Assembly: GCA_964568395.1 (NCBI GenBank)
Contig: CAZMPN010000003.1
Location: 34,482 to 98,481, forward strand
DNA from: an uncultured Helicobacter sp.
GTDB lineage: Bacteria > Campylobacterota > Campylobacteria > Campylobacterales > UBA6016
Direction: 5' to 3'
DNA length: 64,000 nucleotides
In this document: positions 19,181-27,560 of the stretch, piece by piece
Layout of the letters: each line of letters starts with the position of its first letter
How positions within the stretch are numbered: the stretch's first letter is position 1
The notes under the pieces: model-generated
What the model was told of the DNA's origin: nothing
Databases searched by the model: none
Seen by the model: only the letters and a program-made list of their open reading frames with translations
Made by a program: the position numbers and the translations under genes

Positions 19181-21268
19181 TTGAAAAAAGTCTGCATAGC
19201 GTTTTTTTTCTGTTCGGCCGCCGCATTCGCCGATAACGATCTGTCGGAACTAGAAAAAGCGCTGGATGAGGCAACGGAGATAGCTACGGTGTCAAAAATG
19301 AACGTCGACTACGTGCCGTCCGTCGTAAACGTGCTTAAAGGCGATATGTTAAGAGCCGTAGGCGCCTTGAAAGTTTCGGATGCGCTATCCTTGCTTCCGG
19401 GCATCCAGATATACCAAAACCAACTCGGCGAAACAATCACCGTCATGAGAGGATTTAGAAATCCAAACGCGTACTTATCCGACAAGATAAAGGTAATGCT
19501 CGACGGCGTCACGGTAAACACGGAAGCTTACGGTGCGGCCGGATTTATCATGGATATGCCGATAGAGCTGATAGAGAGGATAGAGGTGCTTCGAGGTCCA
19601 GGCTCTACCCTATATGGCTCCGGAGCATTCTATGGAGCCGTAAATATCATCACGAAAACAGGCTCAAATCCAAAAGATTGCAACGAATTTTTCATAGGGG
19701 GCGGGAGCTGGTATTATAAAAAGGTAGGCGCCACCGCCTGCATAGACAAAGGCGGCGTCAGATACTCCGCGGACGGATACTATCAAGGCTCGCAAAGGCG
19801 GCTCTACGTAGACAAGAGCTATACGGACGCCGCGGAAAACTTCAAAAGAGATTTCAGGACCAACGAGGCGTCCGACGACTTCTCGATAGGCTTCAACATC
19901 CAAAAGGAAAACATCAACTGGAACACCAGAATCAAAAAAAGCTGGCAAGGCAACTACTACGGCATGGAGGAGAGGCTTGAGCCAAGAGAGGATACCGGGC
20001 ACGTAAACCAATTTTTGAGCAGTGAGCTTGAGTTCAAAAACAATATATCAAGCGGCGCCGTAGACGTCAAAGTCGGCATAAAAGACTACGCCTATCAGAT
20101 GAACGGCATAACAAGGGACGAGAGCTACTATTTTGGAGTGTTCCCGGGCTTTGACTATAACTACAACTACAGGCTAAGAGCGGCTGAAACCACGTTTTAT
20201 ACTGATATAGCGCATAGGCTAAAAAAGATAGGCAAACACAATATCTCTTATGGTATAGGCGCCAGCCACTCTTTTCTAAGGGAGAACTACTATTGGTCGG
20301 CAATAGAGGAGTATGCGTTCGCGACGATGGACGCTACGCTTGTAGCCACACAACCGGCAATGCAATATCCAAAAAACAACGAACTATTCAAAAAAGGCGT
20401 AAGCAGGACCATAACCTCCTTGTATTTTGAGGATTTATATGAGCTGTATGCGAATACGGACGTGGTTTTTGGATGCAGGGTTGACGACTACTCCGACCTT
20501 GAGGCCCAGTTTAGCTCTAGGCTCGGCATAGCTTCAAGATGGATGGACAACTCGCTTGTCACTAAGCTTATGTTCAGCACCGGACATAGAGCTCCGACTC
20601 TCGCGGAAAAGTATGCCAGGGAGCATATAGGCTTTAGAGCCGGAGACGATTTTTTGAAGCCGGAATCGATCAGGTCGTACGAGATTGCCGCGATATATAA
20701 GCCAAACGACTCGCATAGATTCTCCATAAACGGATATTATGCGGAGCTAAACAACGTCATAGATATAGAAGAAGACGGCAATACGCCGATAGGGCACACG
20801 AACTACCCAAAAAGACTCTCCAGAGGCATAGAAGCGGAATACGCCTACAAACCAAACAACAAGCATGAGCTGCACATAAACTATACGCTAAACAAAACCA
20901 CATACCTAAATACCGACAATATGGCGCTTCAAGACATGCCGGACGTATCCCCTAGGATGTATAAGGCCTGGTATATATTCAGACCTCTGCACAATCTAAC
21001 TCTGGGGATGCAGTATCTGATTTTCGGCAAGACGATCCAAAACGAGGCATATACGAACAAGGATACGACTGTGCCCGGAAACCATCTCGTCAACTTTTCG
21101 GCGATATACAAACCGATAAAAAACACGGAGCTGGCGCTAAACATAGGCAACCTCCAAAACAGGGAACAGAAGATGCCAAGCTACTACTATCGCAACGAAC
21201 CAGGCAGAAACGGCGGTATGATACGAGAGGGACGAAATTTTATACTAGAACTTAGACATAGGTTTTAG
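19181..21268 (+). CDS. TonB-dependent outer-membrane receptor
   Basis: Signal peptide; plug motif IERIEVLRGPGSTLYGSGA..GAVNIIT; C-terminal Phe. Confidence 0.9.
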   Translation: MKKVCIAFFFCSAAAFADNDLSELEKALDEATEIATVSKMNVDYVPSVVNVLKGDMLRAVGALKVSDALSLLPGIQIYQNQLGETITVMRGFRNPNAYLSDKIKVMLDGVTVNTEAYGAAGFIMDMPIELIERIEVLRGPGSTLYGSGAFYGAVNIITKTGSNPKDCNEFFIGGGSWYYKKVGATACIDKGGVRYSADGYYQGSQRRLYVDKSYTDAAENFKRDFRTNEASDDFSIGFNIQKENINWNTRIKKSWQGNYYGMEERLEPREDTGHVNQFLSSELEFKNNISSGAVDVKVGIKDYAYQMNGITRDESYYFGVFPGFDYNYNYRLRAAETTFYTDIAHRLKKIGKHNISYGIGASHSFLRENYYWSAIEEYAFATMDATLVATQPAMQYPKNNELFKKGVSRTITSLYFEDLYELYANTDVVFGCRVDDYSDLEAQFSSRLGIASRWMDNSLVTKLMFSTGHRAPTLAEKYAREHIGFRAGDDFLKPESIRSYEIAAIYKPNDSHRFSINGYYAELNNVIDIEEDGNTPIGHTNYPKRLSRGIEAEYAYKPNNKHELHINYTLNKTTYLNTDNMALQDMPDVSPRMYKAWYIFRPLHNLTLGMQYLIFGKTIQNEAYTNKDTTVPGNHLVNFSAIYKPIKNTELALNIGNLQNREQKMPSYYYRNEPGRNGGMIREGRNFILELRHRF

Positions 21269-21323
21269 CTCTCTTTAATACCCTCGGGTATAAAATGGAC
21301 GTATATTTTTAAAAAGATCTGGT

Positions 21324-22622
21324 ATGCGTTTATTATCATCGGTTCTACTTAGTACGTGCGCTTGTTTTGCGCTGAGCCTAAAGGACGCTCTCAAAGCCTC
21401 CGCCGACTCGAATGCGATACAGGCGCAGGTCTATCTGGCAAAGGCCTACAAAAAATCGGCGGATGCGGCGGCCGGAAAGCTATATCCAAGAGTGGATCTC
21501 TCATACAAAAGCCTCCAATACTCACAGCAGCCTTCCATGTCGGTCAATATGCCTCCACTTATTACAAACTCGCAGATGCAGAGCGCTCCAAAAAACTACT
21601 TCGAAGGCGAAGCGCTTCTTACATATCCGATATTCAGGGGTTTCGCCATAGACGCATTCGTAAAAAAAGCAGAGCTTGAAGCCAAAAAAGCGGAGCTTGA
21701 AAAAGATGACGCGAAACGGAATATATACGCCAAAACCGTATCGCTCTACTACACGATAGCCTCGCTAAACGAAAGCGAAGAGGCGTACAAGGCGGCGCTT
21801 GAGTGGGCGGCGGAGTCGCTCAAAAAGGCGAACGCCATGTATAAAGAGGGGCTGATAGGCGCATATGACATAGAAAACATCAAGAGCAAATATTTCGAGA
21901 TAAGCTCTGAAGCGATAGAGATAAAGAACAAAAAAGAGGCAGCCGTAAATACGCTAGAAAGGCTTTGCGGCCTAAAAGCCGACAGCGTATCGCAAGCGGC
22001 CGTGCCGTTTGAGCCAGACAAAGGCGCAATCTTAAAAGAGGCCTTTGAAGCCAGAGAGGATATAGCGGCAGTAAAAACGCTTCTTGAGATAAGCGAACAA
22101 GATATCAGGTATGCCAAAAGCAGATTCTATCCAACATTGGATCTCGTCGCTGCGGGCAAAAGAGCAGGTGATACGGCAAGACTAAACGGCGACGGCTTTA
22201 CGAACAAAGACAAAAACTACGCCATGCTGGCCCTTGGGCTAAACATATTCGACGGATTAGAGAGCTCCAACGCGCTAGAGGCCGCAAGGGCCAAAAAGAT
22301 GGCGTCCGAGCTTGCGTACATAGACTACAAAAACGGTGTAAAAACCGAGATAGAAAACCTCTTTTTGGAGCTGCTCTCTGCAAAAAAGAGGGTTGACGCC
22401 CTCGCCCAAAACGTAAACGCAAGAAGCGAATTTCATAAGCTTACATCCGCCAGATTTGACAACAGACTCGTTGGGGCGGACGAACTGAGCCGCTCCATAT
22501 CGGATCTAGCCGCCGCAAAAAGCAAATTGGCCGCGGAAAAAAATAGGGTATCGGAACTAAAACTGCGCATTCTGCTTGAAAGCTCGCTCAAAAACTTTGA
22601 AAACAAACTGGAAGGCCTATGA
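21324..22622 (+). CDS. TolC-family outer-membrane efflux protein
   Basis: Signal peptide; two YP..D repeats and helical coiled regions; lies upstream of HlyD and ABC genes. Confidence 0.85.
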   Translation: MRLLSSVLLSTCACFALSLKDALKASADSNAIQAQVYLAKAYKKSADAAAGKLYPRVDLSYKSLQYSQQPSMSVNMPPLITNSQMQSAPKNYFEGEALLTYPIFRGFAIDAFVKKAELEAKKAELEKDDAKRNIYAKTVSLYYTIASLNESEEAYKAALEWAAESLKKANAMYKEGLIGAYDIENIKSKYFEISSEAIEIKNKKEAAVNTLERLCGLKADSVSQAAVPFEPDKGAILKEAFEAREDIAAVKTLLEISEQDIRYAKSRFYPTLDLVAAGKRAGDTARLNGDGFTNKDKNYAMLALGLNIFDGLESSNALEAARAKKMASELAYIDYKNGVKTEIENLFLELLSAKKRVDALAQNVNARSEFHKLTSARFDNRLVGADELSRSISDLAAAKSKLAAEKNRVSELKLRILLESSLKNFENKLEGL

Positions 22623-23731
22623 TGTCGAAGAAAAATATATATCTTGCCGCGCTGCTTTCTGCTTTGCTGCTGGCGTCTATATTCTTCATAATAAAAAAAC
22701 TATATTTCGGACCTGGCATAGAGGGCGTGATATCCGGAGCCGGAAGGATAGACGGCGAGCTTGTGGCTATGAATACCAAATACGCCTCGAGGGTTGCAAA
22801 AATCTATGTAGAAGAGGGGCAGAGCGTAAAAAAAGGCGATCTTCTGGCAAAACTAGATAGCGCGGAGCTTGACGCCAGAATAGAGAACGTCGACTCTTCC
22901 ATCAATGCCGCCAAGCTGGAACTAGAATCCATTCGAATAGATCTAGGCATAGCATCGAGCGTCAATAGCGCGAACTACTCCATCTCGCTAGACAAGCAGC
23001 AGGAGCTGGAGAGCCAGATAGAGAGCGCGAGGCTTGCGATGGAGCAGGATAGGAAGGATCTTGAGAGGATGCAAAGACTATTCGAGCAAAATCTCACCGC
23101 AAAGAGGGACGCCGAGCTCGCCGAGCTGAAAGCCAGCGAATCCAAAAACAGATACGAATCCATAAAAAAGACAAAAAGCCAGCTTGCAAGCGCGGCGCTG
23201 ATATCAAAAGCCAATCTGGCGTCGACAAGCTCCCTGAGGCAAAAAATGTCCGCGAAACAAAAGGCGATAGAGGCGCTAGAGGCTTCAAAAAAAGAGCTGC
23301 TTGCCGCAAAAAACGAGATGAGCCTGTATGCGCCGTTTGACGGTTTTGTCATGGAAAAGATAGCTTTCGAGGGCGAGGTGGTCGGCGCCGGAGCGGTTAT
23401 AATAACACTCATAAATCCGGCCGAGCTAACCCTAAAAATGTATGTGGATACGATAGAAAACGGCAAGATAAAAATAGGGGACAAGGCTGTGATATTCCTG
23501 GACGGAGAGCCGAAAAAGCCGATAAGCGCCGTGGTCTCGAAGATATCGCAAAGGGCGCAGTTCACGCCAAAAGACGTCAACGTCAAAAGCGACCGGATAC
23601 AAAGGGTTTACGCCATCTATCTAAAACCTACCGTTAGCGCGCCGAACCTAAAACTTGGCCTTCCTGCGCTCGGGGCCGTATCGGTCGGCGGCGAATTGCC
23701 AAAAGACTCGGCAAAACTCGGAAACTTATAG
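22619..23731 (+). CDS. HlyD-family periplasmic adaptor
   Basis: N-terminal membrane anchor; V.EGQSVKKGDLLA; APFDG.V; FTPK.V motif of the YbhG/YhiI type. Confidence 0.88.
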   Translation: MMSKKNIYLAALLSALLLASIFFIIKKLYFGPGIEGVISGAGRIDGELVAMNTKYASRVAKIYVEEGQSVKKGDLLAKLDSAELDARIENVDSSINAAKLELESIRIDLGIASSVNSANYSISLDKQQELESQIESARLAMEQDRKDLERMQRLFEQNLTAKRDAELAELKASESKNRYESIKKTKSQLASAALISKANLASTSSLRQKMSAKQKAIEALEASKKELLAAKNEMSLYAPFDGFVMEKIAFEGEVVGAGAVIITLINPAELTLKMYVDTIENGKIKIGDKAVIFLDGEPKKPISAVVSKISQRAQFTPKDVNVKSDRIQRVYAIYLKPTVSAPNLKLGLPALGAVSVGGELPKDSAKLGNL

Positions 23732-23737
23732 CAAAAG

Positions 23738-25372
23738 ATGCTGGAAGTCAAAAACGTCGGCGTAAAATACGGCGATAACATAGCGCTAAAGCCGGTATCC
23801 TTTGTCGCAAAAAGCGGCGAGATACTAGGTCTCATCGGCGCCGACGGCGCAGGCAAAAGCTCGCTTCTAAACGCGATAGCTGGGGTGCAAAGCTTTAGCG
23901 GCGAGATATGCCTACACGACTACCGCTACAAATCCCCCTCCCAGGCAGAGAAGATAAAATCGGACATCGCCCTCATGCCACAGGGAATAGGACTGATCCT
24001 GTACAAGACGCTTACAATAAAAGAGCATATCGATTTTCACTGCGCAATAAAGGAGATAAAAAGAGACGCCGCCTTTGAGGAGTACCTGCAAAAACTTCTG
24101 AAAATGGCGGGATTGGAGAGATTTCTAGATAGAAAAGCCGGGGCGCTTAGCGGCGGGATGATGCAAAAGCTCTGCCTACTATGCACCCTTATCGCAAAAC
24201 CGTCGCTTCTGCTGCTGGACGAGCCGACTACCGGCGTAGACCCCGTCAGCCGCAAGGAGCTATGGGAAATCATACAAGAGCTTGTCAGGGTCGAAAAAAT
24301 AATATGTATAGCCAGCACGGCGTACATGGCCGAAGCGTCGACATTCGACCGGATAATGCTGTTCGACAAAGGCGAAATAGTCTCGGAGGGCGACTTCGAG
24401 TCTCTGGTATCTACCGCAAAAGAGTATACGTACAAGGATGACGATATACGCAGGGAGTCTACGATAGCGATAAACGGCTATCTATATTCTCTCCAAAAAC
24501 TATCCCTGCCGCAAAAGGAGCCGAATCTGGAGTCCGTATTTTTCGTCAGAAGCTTGCAACAGCAAAAGTGCATTCCGCAGATAAACTTCAAAGAACAAGA
24601 CGGGGCCGAGGAGTTTTTCGGCGAAACGGTGCTAAAAGCGAACTCCCTGACAAAAAAGTTCGGCTCCTTCATAGCGAACGACAAAGTGTCGCTGGATCTA
24701 AAAAGCGGGGAGATACTGGGGCTGATAGGCGCAAACGGCGCCGGAAAGACCACGTTCATAAAAATGCTTTTGGGTCTTTTGCCGCTTGACGGCGGCGAAC
24801 TGTCGATGTTGGATAAAAAAATCAAAAGCGCCGACGATAGGACCATGCTAAAAAAACATATAGGATACGTAAGCCAGCGATTTGCGCTATACAAAAACCT
24901 GACCGTCAAGGAAAACCTGGAGTATTTCGCAAAAATGCACGGGATGAAGAAGGAGGAGTACAGGTTCGCTATGGACGAACTTGTCAGGGTATTGGAGCTA
25001 GAGCCGATACTCGGGCGTTTCTTGCAGGAGCTGCCGATGGGCATGAATCAGAGGATTTCTCTAGCCTGCGCGCTTATCCATTCGCCAAAAGTCCTATTCC
25101 TGGACGAACCGACTAGCGGCGTGGACGTGCTGGCTAGAGCGGTATTTTGGGAGATACTAAGGGAGCTTAAGGCGAAAAAACACATCTCGATACTTATTAC
25201 GACCCACTATATGAGCGAAGCAGATTTTTGCGATAGGGTGGCGATACTCCAAGACGGCGTGAAGGTGGCCGACGACACGGTGCAAAACCTCTACGCCGCC
25301 CATCCGAGGGCCGAATGTTTTGAAGATATATTCTTTGACATATTCAGCCGAAACGACAAGGGCACGGCATGA
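23738..25372 (+). CDS. ABC exporter ATP-binding protein with two ATPase domains (YbhF-like)
   Basis: Walker A GADGAGKS and GANGAGKT; LSGGM; LLLDEPT and LFLDEPT. Confidence 0.9.
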   Translation: MLEVKNVGVKYGDNIALKPVSFVAKSGEILGLIGADGAGKSSLLNAIAGVQSFSGEICLHDYRYKSPSQAEKIKSDIALMPQGIGLILYKTLTIKEHIDFHCAIKEIKRDAAFEEYLQKLLKMAGLERFLDRKAGALSGGMMQKLCLLCTLIAKPSLLLLDEPTTGVDPVSRKELWEIIQELVRVEKIICIASTAYMAEASTFDRIMLFDKGEIVSEGDFESLVSTAKEYTYKDDDIRRESTIAINGYLYSLQKLSLPQKEPNLESVFFVRSLQQQKCIPQINFKEQDGAEEFFGETVLKANSLTKKFGSFIANDKVSLDLKSGEILGLIGANGAGKTTFIKMLLGLLPLDGGELSMLDKKIKSADDRTMLKKHIGYVSQRFALYKNLTVKENLEYFAKMHGMKKEEYRFAMDELVRVLELEPILGRFLQELPMGMNQRISLACALIHSPKVLFLDEPTSGVDVLARAVFWEILRELKAKKHISILITTHYMSEADFCDRVAILQDGVKVADDTVQNLYAAHPRAECFEDIFFDIFSRNDKGTA

Positions 25373-26475
25373 GGGTAGGGGTCATCAAAGGGTATATGGC
25401 CAAAGAGCTAAAAGAGATACTAAGAGAAAAAGTCATCCTGTTTATGTATTTCGTGCCCTCCATGATAATAATGCTTTTCGGATACGGTATAAAACTGGAC
25501 GTCACGCATGCTAGGGTGGCGATAATAGATTACGACCGAAGCAAGCTCTCATACGAACTGACGGGCAACCTCGAACACTCAAAATATTTCAACGCCGAAA
25601 CCATGCATATAAGCGAGAACGACGCGCTACGCATGATCAAAAAAAGCGAAAAAGACCTAATTCTGATAATCCCGGAAAACTTCGAAAAAAACGCGCTAAG
25701 CGGCAAGAAAACGGAAATCGGGGTGTTCATAGACGGCTCGTTCCCGTCCCGGACCAAGACGATAGAAGGCTATATCCAAAGCGAGATACTTGATTTCGCC
25801 TACAAAAAGCAAAATATAAAACAGGTAATTACGCTTGAAAAAAGAAACCTCTTCAATAGGGCGATGAGAGACGAGGAGATGATAGTACCTGGCCTCATAG
25901 CCATAGTACTCCTCATCTCCCCGGCGATAATCTCGGCGCTATCGGTCGTAAAAGAGAAGGAGAGGGGAACGATATTCAACTTCTACTCCTCGTCGGTCAA
26001 GAAAGAGGAGTTTTTGCTCTCCAAGCTGCTGCTACTGCTAGCCCTCCAGATCGTCAATATCATGCTCTGTTTTTTTTGGGCAACCGTGATATTCGACGTA
26101 CCGTTCAGAGGGGATTTCCCGTTTTATCTCTCTTGTTGCGTAGTATATCTGGTTATCAGCCTCTCGATAGGCATACTTGTGTCGCTCGCCACCTCTTCGC
26201 AGATAGTGGCGCTTTTGTTAACGCTCATCATCACGATCATTCCCGGCTTTTTGTACTCCGGGATGCTGATGCCGATCTCCTCGATGAGCAACGAGGCGTA
26301 TATCATGGCGCATATATATCCTACGATGTACCAGACGAGGCTGATGTATGACGCCTTCCTGGTTGGAGACGGCTTCTCCTCATGGGCAAACATGGAGTAT
26401 TTTCTTATTTTGTGCGGCTATGCAATAGGTCTCTTCCCGGTCAGCTATTATCTGCTCAAAAAGAGGATAGCGTGA
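25369..26475 (+). CDS. ABC-2 type permease (YbhS-like)
   Basis: MFYVP..LFGY, VPGL, KEKERGT, GMLMPISSM; multiple TM segments. Confidence 0.88.
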   Translation: MRVGVIKGYMAKELKEILREKVILFMYFVPSMIIMLFGYGIKLDVTHARVAIIDYDRSKLSYELTGNLEHSKYFNAETMHISENDALRMIKKSEKDLILIIPENFEKNALSGKKTEIGVFIDGSFPSRTKTIEGYIQSEILDFAYKKQNIKQVITLEKRNLFNRAMRDEEMIVPGLIAIVLLISPAIISALSVVKEKERGTIFNFYSSSVKKEEFLLSKLLLLLALQIVNIMLCFFWATVIFDVPFRGDFPFYLSCCVVYLVISLSIGILVSLATSSQIVALLLTLIITIIPGFLYSGMLMPISSMSNEAYIMAHIYPTMYQTRLMYDAFLVGDGFSSWANMEYFLILCGYAIGLFPVSYYLLKKRIA

Positions 26476-27560
26476 ACTATTTCTGGGCTATTTTCTCAAA
26501 AGAGATAAAAGAGCTTTTGCGCGCCTCCGGGCTGCTCTTTTTCATTCTGTATATGTTTACCGTCGAGGTGTATATATCGGCGTCAGGGATGAATATGGAC
26601 GCCAAAAACATATCTGTGGGCGTAGTAGACTACTCGCCCGGCGTAGTATCGTCAAAACTGCTATCAAACCTGAACCTGCCGGAGTTCAAACCTCCTGTTT
26701 ACTACAAATCCCAAAAAGAGCTGTACGAGGACATAAAAAACAAAAAGATAGCGGTAGGGCTTATATTTGACAATGATTTCGAGAAAAAAGCCGTACTGGG
26801 CCAAGAGGCCAAAATAGAGCTTCTGCTGGACGCCACCGCCGCTTCGCAAGGGTACTTTGCCTATCTCTACATACAAAACATCGCAAACGATATGCAAAAC
26901 AAAAGCACGAAAGAGCCGCCTCTATCGGTCAGCATACACAAGCTATTCAACGAAAACTCGAACCAGCAGTTTTATATGGCGCTAGACGAGCTGATGTCGG
27001 TCATCACACTTTTATCCATCATACTATCCGCAGCCGTATTCGTAAAAGAAAAAGAGAACGGCACATGGGATTTGATGCTTTTGATGCCGGTCGGCAAGAT
27101 AACGATGATATTCGCAAAGGTTCTCTCCCAGACGTTTGTCATAATGATCGGGGTGCTGATAAGCGTAGGTATCGTGGTATTCGGCATATTCGACACACCG
27201 CTCAACGGCTCGTTCGCCGTCTTTACAGCCCTTACGTTTATGTTCTCGCTTAGCAGCGCCGGAATAGGGCTCTTCATAGCCGCGATAGCCAAAGATATTA
27301 TGCAGGTGGGACAGTTTTCGATGCTCATTATGATGCCGACGATATTTCTTAGCGGCGCATGGACGCCGGTATACGCGATGCATCCGTTCTTGCAGGTTTT
27401 GACGATTTTCTCGCCGCTAAGGTACTACATCGAGGGCGTACAAAGCATATTCTTCAGAGGCGCGGCCCTCGTAGACCTATTGCCGTACTTTGGCGGCGTA
27501 ATAGTGCTCGGCGCCATCCTGTTTACGTTTGGCACCAGACGGATAATGAAGCTCTTTTAG
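26472..27560 (+). CDS. ABC-2 type permease (YbhR-like)
   Basis: GTGA overlap with the upstream stop gives a GTG start at 26472, not 26382; KEKENGTW, LSGAWTP, SPLRYY. Confidence 0.86.
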   Translation: MNYFWAIFSKEIKELLRASGLLFFILYMFTVEVYISASGMNMDAKNISVGVVDYSPGVVSSKLLSNLNLPEFKPPVYYKSQKELYEDIKNKKIAVGLIFDNDFEKKAVLGQEAKIELLLDATAASQGYFAYLYIQNIANDMQNKSTKEPPLSVSIHKLFNENSNQQFYMALDELMSVITLLSIILSAAVFVKEKENGTWDLMLLMPVGKITMIFAKVLSQTFVIMIGVLISVGIVVFGIFDTPLNGSFAVFTALTFMFSLSSAGIGLFIAAIAKDIMQVGQFSMLIMMPTIFLSGAWTPVYAMHPFLQVLTIFSPLRYYIEGVQSIFFRGAALVDLLPYFGGVIVLGAILFTFGTRRIMKLF

